DNA of 62,140 nt, counting the filler, from Guillardia theta CCMP2712 (taxonomy: Eukaryota; Protista; Cryptophyta): assembly GCF_000315625.1 (NCBI RefSeq). It is 6 parts of 6 records of this genome, joined end to end, with 100 filler letters (N's around TTAATTAATTAA, not from the genome) between each part and the next. Parts side by side here need not be neighbours in the genome. Positions count along the whole stretch, not along the records: positions 32,740 to 49,022 come from NW_005434536.1; positions 49,123 to 57,103 come from NW_005434240.1; 4 more parts are not named here. One strand, written 5' to 3'. The position numbers were made by a program, and so were the translations under genes. Below, in pieces: positions 38,060 through 50,397 of the stretch. The notes beneath the pieces were generated by a model that was not told the DNA's origin, did not search any database, and saw only the letters and a list, made by a program, of their open reading frames with translations. The first letter of the stretch is position 1. The number at the start of each line of letters is the position of its first letter.

Positions 38060-41000
38060 TCTTATTCCTCTACTCCACAGGGCGACACCACAGGCCAGGG
38101 CAAGAGGCGATGGGGAATGCACTGTTGAAGTAACCTTCTCTCCACAGACGGTGACACAGTGACAGTGACACCCGAAGTAGACAGTGATAGCACCGACTGC
38201 AAGTTTCTGTAGCAGTAAGAACTCGGATAAGTTCTTGGAGACGGCGAGAAGTTCAGGGTATTGCGTCTCATCGGTGGACGAAGCTCAGCGAGATGGAAGT
38301 GGGTTTCGACATAGGTCTGGAATTAAGGAATCGAGCCTGAGGGTCAGGCAGTGAAAAGGGGGTTAGGAGGACACGTGTCCCCAGCGCGCTGTGCATTGTA
38401 CTTGGTTGCAAGGGACTGAAGGGGAGGTGGCTGCTGTGAATAAAGGAAGTGTTGTGTGGTTCTTCTGAGAGTTCTATCATCATCAGTGAAGGTGTTAGAG
38501 ACTGCACAGCTGTGTATCGTTGAGGTGAATAAGGTTGGTGTAAGGATCTCAGGTGTACTGAGAGTTAGTCTTTGGTGGATCTTGGGTTAAATAGATTCTG
38601 GCCAGTGAGGTGGAGGTTGATTCGATTACAAAGAGAAAATTTTCTCTTTGTTCTCAGTTCTCATTTTTTACTGTTGTTGCGCAACTGTGATTTACCGTAC
38701 GGTCTGAACTGGAACAAAGAGTAAGTTCGGTTCATTGTTGTTACAGATTCACTGTTTGAGTCGGTGATTCGATTGTTTTTGGAATCGTTGTTTGGAAGTT
38801 GGACTCGATTTTTTTGCATTTTTTCGCTTGTGCTTGGAAGTTGCCAGTTTGGAAGGTCACTGTTTGAGTCGGTGATTCGATTGTTTTTTTTGGACTCGTT
38901 GTTTGGAAGTTGGACTCGATTTTTTGTGCATTTTTTTCGCTTGTGCTTGGAAGCTGTTTGGAAGGTCGGAGTCGATTCTTTTGTGGAACGTTGCTACTGA
39001 TTTTTCGACATTGCTTTTACCATGGGAGGAGGAAAATTGGACCTCAGTGAAGAATTGATCAAGACTCATCCTGAGTTACAGATGGACACATTCCTCAAAG
39101 GATCTGTGACGTCACAGGAGGAATTGGATGAACTTCTGCTTCCGATTCAAAATGCAATGAATCGATATCGGACAGGATTGGGCATGTGTTTGTTCCCGTT
39201 GATACGAGAGTTTCCACTCGATCAACTCGGTAATTTTGGTGGTGAGTTTCATACTGTATGGGAAAAGAACAAGAGTGTGAATGTGGATGGCGAGTTGACG
39301 GAGGAATGGAAAAGGCAGGTCGTTTTGCTTTTCCTGAATGCCAAATTTTGTTGGAGGAAGAGCGGGCAGATTCGAGATTATGTGGAGCAGTTGCAAAGTT
39401 TGTCCAAGACTGTCGGATCATGGTAGTCCCGTTGATGACGGTGATTCCGGCAACCCAGTGAGTGCTTCTGGCAAGAAGAAAAGAAGGGGGTAAGCCGAAG
39501 GGATTCTGATGGCAAGGAGATGGATGCTGCGATGATTAACGTGTTGTATGAGGACATTGAATATTTTCTTCTGGAGCTGGACCAGTACTTTCGGTCGTAT
39601 CTTAAACCATTGTTTCCTGTGCCATGGGCTATGTCGGGAGGACCAAAGTCCAAGTTGGCTCCGATCAAAGCTCTCGCGTACATGATATGGGAAGTCAGAA
39701 AGCGCAGTGAGAATCTCCATGCCACTCCGGACAAAACGCGGATGGAGCTTCTGACGCTGGCAAAGTCGAAATTGCCTGACATATCCACCTTCCACAGTGT
39801 TATGGTTCAGATGAAAATTCTGCTCAATAAGTTGGAGGATGTAGCAGGAGAGGAGTCGGTCAAAGCTTTGGAAATGATTTTGGTGGAGGAGTTGGTCAGG
39901 CAGTGTTATCTTTCGGAATGTGCTGATATCCGAGATGTTGCACGGCACCATAAGCGATCCAAGTCGTCATTCGAATTGACTTGGGAGAAGGTGTACTCTT
40001 GGGCTGTAAATTTGAACGATGAACAGGCACTTCTTACTGCTGGGGGTGAGAAAACACAGTCGGGGACTGCGTCAGTTAATGTAGTAGCCTCGGATGTGCA
40101 AGCTACGGTTAGTCAACCGAATGCAGACAAGCCATCTGAAAGTGGAGGACAGGGTGGTAAGGAAAAGGAAGACACGAGTGGCAGCAATGAGTCGCCTGTG
40201 GATAACACATCCGGCGGTCAGGATGACGGGAGCACGTGGGTCGCGAGGGATAGTACGCGAGGCCGAGGTGAGCATCCGAGTCAGGGAATGCGGCGCAGGG
40301 GCGCCTACCATGTTGATGGGTCTCGTGGCGGCTACGGTCGTGGAGGCTCCGCTGGTGCCGGGTCGAATGATTTTCGAAATCACCAAGGAAGAGCCGGTGG
40401 TTTTCAGGGGAACAATTTTCGGGGAAGAGGCTCAGGCTTTCGAGGTCATCATCAGCAGCGGGGGAAGCCGTATGATCGTCCGGCTGGTAGAGGGATGCGC
40501 GGACGGGGTAGAGGGGAGCATTGGACGACGCATAACTACAATCCACGCAGAGGCGAGTCTGATGGTTTCTCAAGAGGTGATCGTTCGGGAGGATATCATG
40601 AGCGGCGAAACAATGTGCATGAATTTTCTCCTCAGGCTCTCGGCGAGGCTGTACTTCGATTGGCCAGGGAAATCCAGGGGGGAAGGAGGTCAGGCGCAGA
40701 CAGTGAGCAGCCGGTTGGACCATGGCTGGAAACGTTTGAGCATAATCATCGGGGACGCGGCCGTGGTCAGGTTTCGGACAATCCTTTTGAGAGGACGATC
40801 GAGCAAAATGTCAGAGAAAGCAATGCTCAGGCTGGGAGACGTCAAGCGGAGTGGCGATCTTTCTTTGCATTTCAGTTTGGCATTGATACGAGTTTGTCGA
40901 TTGCAGACATTCATGCAAGTGCTATGCAAAGTACCGTGGTCAATGACAATGCTGGAACAGTCGTTAATTTTTTGCTCGACTCAGGAGCAAACGTATCCAT

Positions 41001-43588
41001 GGTAGGTGATGAGAATTTGCTCTCTGATGTACAGTCTGGAGATGATTTCTTCGTTATGACTGCAGGAGGAAAGGTCAACTGTGCTAAGTATGGGAAGTTA
41101 CATTTGCAGATTGTCGATGATCAAGGCACAATTGCAAATACTATTGTCTTGGATCATGTTCGCGTTTGTCCTGTTCTGCCTGTTCCTCTTGTGAGTTTGG
41201 ATGATTTTCTGGGTGACAAGTATTATATTGTGGGTAGAGGTTCCAGAAATGCTGCCAAATCGTATGTGGCTTCAGAGGATGGAAAGGTTCATATTCCCTT
41301 GCTTCAGCGGGACAAGTTGTATATGTTATCCACAAGACGACAGATGAATCATGATGAGGCAAAAGACGGTACGCCGGTCTTCTGTGTGTCAGCGGAATCC
41401 AGAGGGACAGTGTGTTTGACGAAGGTATCTGGTGATCGTCATGCAACAGGGTCTTTGGCTAGCAAGCCTGCACAGTTATCTGATTCTTACTTATGGCATA
41501 TGAGGACCGGACACCCGGACAGTAAAGTGCAGAAACTACTTGCAGATACAGTAAGATATGTGACTTACAATCGACGCATTGTCGCGTCTCCTTGTCATAT
41601 CTGTCGAGTTGCTAAATTCGTGTCACGTCCTGTGCATAAGCAGTCGTCTTTTCGACAGGATTGAGCCGACGATGTCAATTCGCTTTGGCATGTCGATTTG
41701 AAAGACATGATAACGGTTTCAGAACCATCAGGATATAGGTATTTTCTCATAATAGTCGATGCGTTCTCGGGATTCATATACGTTCGTCCTATGAAACACA
41801 AAAGTCAAACAGCCGCTATTCTCATCGAGATGCTCAGGAAGGAAGAGAAGAATGTACGGCGACATGCAGTTCAACGAATAATCTCTGATAACGGGACTGA
41901 GTTTCTTTCGTCTGAAATGGAAACATTCATTGTCAAGATTTACAACGGCGAAATGTTTAATTTTCGTTCGTTACGAACCTTCGGATGTATGGTGTTTTTC
42001 AAGAACAGTGTACGGACATCCAAGGTAGACGATCCAGCCATGCAAGGGATACTCTTAGGCAACGCAAACGCCTTTCCTGGACACACGGTGGGATATCTGG
42101 TGTGGAATATCGAAGAAGATAAAATTTATCACACGAATAACTTGACATGTGATGAATTTTTCTTTCCCTTTCGTCGTGCGTGCAGAGTTAATTGGCAAGA
42201 GGATCCTGAGGAAATTGTCAAGCACAACATTTTACAAGACAGTTAACCATTGGGAGATACACTTGTTAAGGTGGATGAGCCTGATACGTCTGTGGTTCCA
42301 ACCAAGCAGCAAGGGGGAAGAAAGCGACCCAGGATGATCGATTCATCGGATGAGGAGGAAGTGCACGATTCTGTTCACGAGGATTCTGCTCACGAGGATT
42401 TTGTTCACGAGGATTCTGTTCACGAGGAGGCTTGGCACGATAGTGACGAGGATTATCAGCCAGATGTGCTGGTACAACGTAAAGTGGATACGGAGGATGG
42501 ATGTACTGCAGAGGCGCGTCCATGTCGGACTCGAAGAGACTTTCGTCAGCAGCGGCGAGAAGCAGAAACACGTTTCATCAATCGACGTGCGGAGGTTGTA
42601 ATGGATACAGGAGAGCTGAGGCAGGGGGTTGTTACTCATGTCATCTCAGTTGGTACCTGGAAAAGTCCTCAACGGCGGTGGAAAAGAGGTGTTCTTTGTG
42701 CTAGACGAGGGCAATCGGTCTGCTACTTCTCAACAATCTGCACGATGGATTCCTTTGAGACGAGAAAGGTGGAATGAACTTGTATCACTCACTGATCCAG
42801 GTGAAGACGTTGATGTGGCATATGATCCAGAGTGCATGGATCTTGGACCCAGTGAGTCAACAGAGTGTTTTCCAGACTCTCGAATGCTTGTCACCAACAT
42901 GGCGCTCGTGGTGCCAGTCTGGGAGGCTATAAAGTTGTCAGCAGCAATTTTGTCGCGAGCTTTGCCATCCCTGCAAGATTCGAATCACATGACAGTTGAT
43001 CCTAGGAATAGGAAAGAGATGTTGATGCGTCCAGATAGGGAGCTGTGGGAAGCGGCTGAACGAGCTGAAATTCACAAGATGGAGGAACGCAAGGTTTGGA
43101 CTATAGTTTCAAGGGATTCTGAAGAAACACGAGGGAAAATCATAGCACGCGGCATGTGGGTGTATACAACCAAGAAAGATTTACAAGGGAAAATTCTAAA
43201 ATACAAGGCGAGGCTGGTGGTAATGGGCAATCTCTTACCGACGTCGGAGGAGTTGTTTGCACCAACCACATCGATGGATAATATCCGCTTGCTACTAAGT
43301 ATCGCTGCGGGAAATAACTGGATTATCGTTTTTCGTGATATAGCGGCGGCTTTTCTCTACAGTGATCTGCTGGAACCAATGTACTTGTACCCACCTGCAA
43401 TCATGGGATTGCCGCCAGACGTTCTCCTTAAGGTCATGAAAGCAATATATGGGACCAGAACGGCACCGAGGCGATGGTGGGAGAAGTTTTCACGAGAACT
43501 TAAACTCTTGGGTGCAGAAGCAGTTGGACATGATGAAATCGTCTACAAATATGAACACAACGGTTCACGACTTCTTCTTACGACATAT
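38060..43588 (+). mobile_element. Degenerate, 3'-truncated Ty1/copia LTR retrotransposon (gag-PR-IN-RT)
   Basis: Protease FLLDSGANVSM. GAG-pre-integrase WHMRTGHP and CHIC. Integrase WHVDL, YFLIIVDAFSG, SDNGTEF and LRTFGC. RT KYKARLVVMG, FAPT, DIAAAFL and KAIYG. In-frame stops at 41662 and 42244, frameshifts, and an internal integrase deletion. A 108-bp duplication lies in the 5' UTR (38749/38857). The 5' LTR boundary is tentative. Confidence 0.93.
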
Positions 43589-44042
43589 CTGAGAGCCTGC
43601 AGGGTCCTCCGCGTGATACATATGCTGAGGCGGGCCCGGTCGCGGGACTTAGCGTAGAAAAACGGCGTTTTTCCCCAGACAAACTCCCCTCCAGACCCCT
43701 TCCAGCGACCTTGTGAGGACGAGGCGGGCTCGGTCGGGGTCCAGATAGACAGATCTGAGAGCCTGCAGGGTCCTCCGCGTGATATATATGCTGAGCGGGC
43801 CCGGTCGCGGGACTTAGCGTAGAAAAACGGCGTTTTCCCCGAGACAAACTCCTTTTTGGATCTGCGATATAAAAAAGTCTTGTCTCGGTCACGTGATGTG
43901 TCACGTGACCGGTCAGGTGAGCCTGTCAGCCGGGTCACGGCCCCCTCCGCGTGATATATATGCTGAGGCGGGCCCGGTCGCGGGACTTAGCGTAGAAAAA
44001 CGGCGTTTTCCCCCAGACAAACTCCCCTCCAGACCCCTTCCA
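43587..44042. repeat. Satellite A (~1.6 + 0.6 copies) with a ~92-bp piece of satellite B embedded at 43853-43944
   Basis: ATCTGAGAGC at 43587 and 43753 (period 166). The insert matches TTTTTGGATCTGCGATATAAAAAAG...GTCACGGCCCC of the 332-bp repeat. Confidence 0.92.
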
Positions 44043-44598
44043 CATTACGTTCGCTTATAGCTTTAGTTAATTCTCGATCCTGTCCTTCTGGTACTAATCA
44101 TGGACACGGCTCTAATTGCAATTTGTACCAGTCCTTCCCCCGCTGATGGCGCCTGGGGGTCTTCTGCCCTTGCCTGGAGTAGACCCCACCCTCACTCTCC
44201 CATGGGAAAAGAGTAGGTCGGGTGGGCGACTTGGCTGGGAAAAGGGTAGGTTGTGAACCTTTTATTCCAAGTATTTGCATGCAGAAATTTGTATCGGCGG
44301 CGTGCTATTCTTAGATTCAAACTGTACTGCATGACGACAATAAAATCAATTCTACACGCCTTCGTGGTACAAGAACAGTACCGAAAATCCTATCGACCCA
44401 CCCATGCTTTTCTCTGTTGGATACAGGAGGCATAACCCCTGGTCAGAGGCGTGTATTCAAAATTTGAACTTTAACGTAAGGTACCCACCCTTGCTCATGT
44501 GTCATAATTCCCTAAAACAGGAGGGTGATCGATACGGCACTCAATCTTGCGATCAGGGGGTGGGTGGAAAGGAATCCCCAACCCATCCCTCCCTCTCG

Positions 44599-45950
44599 AT
44601 GCATGATGAATGTTGCCCATCCAGCGACCATCAGGCTACTGAAAGATGCCAAGACCAACATGGTGACAAAGGTCAAACATGAGAATCATAGATGGTGTGT
44701 TTGAGTGGTATGCATGCTCACTTTGCAACTCTGATACTTTAGTGACAGATCCTGCTTCCCGGCGAGCAGTCATCGTGCATGGATCAGGATGCCCAAAGCT
44801 CTGCCCTTTTCAACGCTGCACTTGCACATATTACATGTGGTGATGCACTCAGGTTGGCATTGCTACTCTACATACAGGTTGATGACAGACGTTATATTGT
44901 CTAGATTGTTTAGAACCCCAATTCCAGCTTGAACAACATTGTTGAAGACGTGCAAACTGTTAGCGGCAATCTGTTTCTCAAAAACAGATCCCATCACGAA
45001 TCACGGTGAGGCTGAGATCAAGTGAAGATTGATCTTCTCATGTTTGTGTATCAGGTAAGTATCGTGCATCCACATGAACAAGCAACACAGCATTTTTTTC
45101 CTTGGCACCTTCCTTCCTAGCAGAACAATGAACACATGTAAGATATTACATGCTCGTGACGATATCGACAGCAGACAAGTTTTACGACAAAAGAACATTA
45201 TGTAGGGATGATCTAAGTGTATCGAATACTTGCTGTTGGTGCTCAACATGTGGAGAAAAGACGATTTGAATGAATTCATGAGAATTCATGACAGTGGATC
45301 ACTTCTGAAGCAACGTATCTCAATGTTGCATACATAGCTTAACTTCATATCCTTACATCGTGAGAGTTGACAACCTGTATGGAGTGAGCTTTTCTGCGTC
45401 ACATCATCATGCTGAGATCTGCATGCAACTTTCCAGCGCAGTTGCAGAGTCATGTGCACAGGAGTTCTCTTGCAAGTAAACTGATTCCAGATCATGCTTA
45501 ATGAAATGCGTACCGTCTGTTGATGCCTTGACCGAGAACAATCGTGTTACAGAGTATTGCTACTCGCTGCATGCGAAGCTGCTACTGTCTACAACACTCT
45601 AGAGTTCTGAACATCATATCAGTCCACAGCATGCAGGTTGCAAGGTTCCGAACGAACCACGCTTCAAAGCAGGGCCATGAGCTTTGAATCATGCTTGATA
45701 GAACACGTACACTCAGCTCAGTTCATGCTTTCGTGACCCTAGTTGGATGTTCATACACCTTGCCAATGCCCGTGAAACATGTTGCCTCTCCCATTCAAAT
45801 GTATACTGTAAATCTGAGGCACAAAATTTCTAACATCAAATATCTTGAACTATGCAAAATCAAAATCCTTGATTACACTATGATGAGGCAAGAGCAGGAT
45901 GCTCGTTGTCCCATCTTGTTTGTGAGGGCACGAGTGAAGGTTGAGCTGCT
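44599..45950 (+). pseudogene. Possible degraded spliced gene fragment, AT-rich
   Basis: Short coding-like blocks between GT..AG pairs (e.g. ILLPGEQSSCMDQDAQSSALFNAALAHI). No family recognised. Confidence 0.25.
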
Positions 45951-46258
45951 TTGACAAACAGCACTGGATATCTAGTGCAATACTTTACATCTCAAGCATT
46001 TGTTTATTGATAAAACATAACATTGTCGACTATGCGAATGAAAAATCATCACAGCAACACTTGGATGGTGCTTGATTCTGAACTTGCAAGATTAGATTAC
46101 GATAATGATGATTGTATTCACAAAAGCAACACAACGACCGTGCTATCAAGATATCTCATCGACATTAACTTCGAATCTTCATGGTCTATCCGTCTTCGTC
46201 ATTGATTAGCGTTGTGCATATCCCTGCACCATCGCGAGAGGGCTGAAGGGAGGGGGGA

Positions 46259-48056
46259 GGGGTCTGAGGCGGGGCTGAAGGCTGCAGTCGGTCTACTGAC
46301 CGGCCCGGCCGGCAGGATCCGTCGAGAAACAGGGGGGTCAAGGGAGGTTTTCTTCCCCCTGGGAGAAATGTCCTATGGGTTTTTGGATCTGCGATATAAA
46401 AAAGTCTTGTCTCGGTCACGTGATGTGTCACGTGACCGGTCAGGTGAGCCTGTCAGCCGGGTCACGGCCCCTGTCAGCCGGCTGACATGTCACGGGCCTG
46501 CTGACACGGTCCGCTGACCGGTCACGGCCGCCCGGAGAGATCAGGCCCCCGGCCAATCTCCGGACACTTAGCCTCCTGGCGGGCCTCCAGGGGGTCTGAG
46601 GCGGGGCTGAAGGCTGCAGTCGGTCTACTGACGGGCCCGGCCGGCAGGATCCGTCGAGAAACAGGGGGGTCAAGGGAGGTTTTCTTCCCCCTGGGAGAAA
46701 TGTCCTATGGGTTTTTGGATCTGCGATATAAAAAAGTCTTGTCTTGGTCACGTGATGTGTCACGTGACCGGTCAGGTGAGCCTGTCAGCCGGGTCACGGC
46801 CCCTGTCAGCCGGCTGACATGTCACGGGCCTGCTGACACGGTCCGCTGACCGGTCACGGCCGCCCGGAGAGATCAGGCCCCCGGCCAATCTCCGGACACT
46901 TAGCCTCCTGGCGGGCCTCCAGGGGGTCTGAGGCGGGGCTGAAGGCTGCAGTCGGTCTACTGACGGGCCCGGCCGGCAGGATCCGTCGAGAAACAGGGGG
47001 GTCAAGGGAGGTTTTCTTCCCCCTGGGAGAAATGTCCTATGGGTTTTTGGATCTGCGATATAAACAAGTCTTGTCTCGGTCACGTGATGTGTCACGTGAC
47101 CGGTCAGGTGAGCCTGTCAGCCGGGTCACGGCCCCTGTCAGCCGGCTGACATGTCACGGGCCTGCTGACACGGTCCGCTGACCGGTCACGGCCGCCCGGA
47201 GAGATCAGGCCCCCGGCCAATCTCCGGACACTTAGCCTCCGGGCGGGCCTCCAGGGGGTCTGAGGCGGGGCTGAAGGCTGCAGTCGGTCTACTGACGGGC
47301 CCGGCCGGCAGGATCCGTCGAGAAACAGGGGGGTCAAGGGAGGTTTTCTTCCCCCTGGGAGAAATGTCCTATGGGTTTTTGGATCTGCGATATAAAAAAG
47401 TCTTGTCTCGGTCACGTGATATGTCACGTGACCGGTCAGGTGAGCTGTCAGCCGGGTCACGGCCCTGTCAGCCGGCTGACATGTCACGGGCCTGCTGACA
47501 CGGTCCGCTGACCGGTCACGGCCGCCCGGGAGAGCTGAGGCCCCCGGCCAATCTCCGGACACTTAGCCTCCTGGCGGGCCTCCAGGGGGTCTGAGGCGGG
47601 GCTGAAGGCTGCAGTCGGTCTACTGACGGGCCCGGCCGGCAGGATCCGTCGAGAAACAGGGGGGTCAAGGGAGGTTTTCTTCCCCCTGGGAGAAATGTCC
47701 TATGGGTTTTTGGATCTGCGATATAAAAAAGTCTTGTCTCGGTCACGTGATATGTCACGTGACCGGTCAGGTGAGCCTGTCAGCCGGGTCACGGCCCCTG
47801 TCAGCCGGCTGACATGTCACGGGCCTGCTGACACGGTCCGCTGACCGGTCACGGCCGCCCGGAGAGATCAGGCCCCCGGCCAATCTCCGGACACTTAGCC
47901 TCCTGGCGGGCCTCCAGGGGGTCTGAGGCGGGGCTGAAGGCTGCAGTCGGTCTACTGACCGGCCCGGCCGGCAGGATCCGTCGAGAAACAGGGGGGTCAA
48001 GGGAGGTTTTCTTCCCCCTGGGAGAAATGTCCTATGGGTTTTTGGATCTGCGATAT
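46259..48056. repeat. Satellite B, 332-bp tandem repeat, ~5.4 near-identical copies
   Basis: GTCACGTGAT recurs at 46415, 46747, 47079, 47411 and 47742. Confidence 0.97.
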
Positions 48057-49617
48057 GGGAATCTCGTTCTTGGACGGTGACTCAAACAAACAACTCGGGC
48101 ATGGTATAAGACAAAAAGTAATCGAGAGTCATGTAGATGTTTACATTCTTTACACCAAGGATATCTTCAGACAACTGCAAGCCAATGTCTTGAGTGGAGT
48201 CGTTCAACTTAGCAATACCGTTGAACTTCACTGGCAATTGGAATTTAAACAATGGTTGCTGCAGCTGAGAGGAAAACCAAAGACTCGTTGTCTTGCTGCA
48301 GCAGAAGAAGCTCCTTTGAGATTGAATGTGGAGATACAGGATACGTGCAATGCTGTTTTGTTTCTATCTGAGATCATGCAAACTGATTGGGCCCAATAAA
48401 GGTAGTAGCCATTTCTAAGAACCTCTGTTGTGCAAATGTAATTGAACATACCCTTTCATGATTCACAAGTGCGCTTCGCGGCCACGAGTGGGCCATTGAC
48501 AATCAGCTTGTGAAGACAGAAACTGCCGCTAACGAGGTTGGATGGCTGATTTTCAGATTTGCCAAGATCTAGCGTTATGGCTAGACTGGAAAAAATATCT
48601 GGACCCAAATAGTTCCTGGTAAGCCGGCTTACCAAGGCCATTTCAGCTTACAAGCTCATCCGCGCCAAAGATAGCAAATAAAACTTTTAGGTTAAATTTA
48701 TGTATTCAAAATCATTTGTAATTCTCTTGCTTTGCCGCGGTTCCACATTGAGGGCCAACTCACCATGCTCAGCAAGTTTCTGGGGACGACTTCATCAACG
48801 GCTCATGTTTTCTTTCCTCTCTTCGACGTTTTCCTGAAACAAAATGGAAATGGTGACTTCAGTTGCCTTCTTAGGATTGCCAGTTGATAATGTCATTGTT
48901 GCACAGTCATAGCCTCCATTGATCGTGACCGTACAACAAGCCGTTGTGTTTCCCGTGAAGGTTGAAGATATCAATCCACTCTTCGTCTAATACGCTGGTC
49001 GGATACCGCGACCAGCGATAGANNNNNNNNNNNNNNNNNNNNNNNNNNNNNNNNNNNNNNNNNNNNTTAATTAATTAANNNNNNNNNNNNNNNNNNNNNN
49101 NNNNNNNNNNNNNNNNNNNNNNTGCGCTTTCGCAGAGTTGATACACGTCATGGAGAGCAAGAAATCAAGAATCAATTCTCACATCATCCAACTAGCCAAG
49201 GTGATAAGAGAATACATCAGCCTCCTGAGAATGTTTCTCCATGACATAGGTCGCAAGGTTCCCCCCTCCCCTCCAAGAGCCAATTCCCCCCCCTCCCTCA
49301 ATATAGATTGGAACACACCATCGTCGTGCTATGTCAAATGAAAGGGGGATTGTGTTTCTGAACGTGACTTTTCCTGTAGAGCATATCGAGGGCTGCAGGA
49401 GCAACAACAGGGCAGGAGATGACGTAAATGTTTCCTGCTTCCTCCTCCTCCTCCTCCTCCTCCTCCTCCTCCTTTTTCTTGCTTGTCTCGGTTCTCTTCA
49501 TCTTTCTCGCCCTCTTCTTTCTCTTCTTCTCAACTCATCAGCTCGCAGCCCTCAGGCCATGCGTGTGATGGTTCAGAGCGTGTCAAGCAACGAAGACCCC
49601 AGAGAGGAAAGTCGAAA

Positions 49618-49699
<82 letters not shown>

Positions 49700-50397
49700 G
49701 GAAGGAGCAAAAGAGGCTTAGGGTTTAGGGTGGGGGGAGGGGAAGGAGGAGGAGGAGGTTGATGACGTATTGATTCAGGTTTGGCAAAGAACCACTTTGT
49801 ACGACAAGGCGGACGAGGTGAGAGAAACGCTTTCGACATATCTGATCTCTTGATTCCTGTCCTGATGTCTTGTTGCTGGTGGTGGTGCTTGTCCTCCTCC
49901 TCATGTTCTTTCTGCTTCTGCTGATTCTTCTATGCTAAAGTCGCGCGTCCAAGCATCTCTCTGCGACTCATCGTAATTACGAAACCTTGAAACATAAATC
50001 TATTTCCTTCTTTCATTCTTCCAGCCTCATCCTCCCTCCCTCCCTTCCCTCCCTCCCTTTCTTCCCTCCCTCCCTCCCTCCCTCCCTTCCTCCCTCCCTC
50101 CCTCCCTCTCTCCTTGTCATTTCTAGTTCCTACCGTTGTGTTTCTTTTCATTTGTTGGTCCCCCACCTCCCCGTCCTTTCCCACCCTTAACCTGTGTCTC
50201 CCTGTGTGTCTCCCCTGCCTCCCCTGCTCCTGCTCGCTCCTCCTGCCCCCTCGGAGCTTCCTTCCTTCTTCCTCTCCTCTTCTTCCTGTGCTCCATCGCT
50301 CCTCTTGCCCTCCCCTACCTCTCTCCTTCTCTCATCTTGTTCATCTTTCCACTCTTTCCGTCCCTATCTCCTTCCTCCGTCTCCTCTTTCCCCTTCA

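Noticed and set aside
46186-48000. Repeated minus-strand ORFs MTHHVTETRLFY...
   Set aside because: By-products of the GC-rich 332-bp satellite. The unit is not a multiple of 3 and copies carry indels.
44050-49020. Search for Fanzor/TnpB, transposase or viral hallmark genes
   Set aside because: No RuvC, DDE, pPolB or capsid motifs recognised by eye, only short degraded frames. A profile search is needed to exclude them.
49718-49730. TTAGGGTTTAGGG telomere-like words
   Set aside because: Only two units, too short to call an interstitial telomere.
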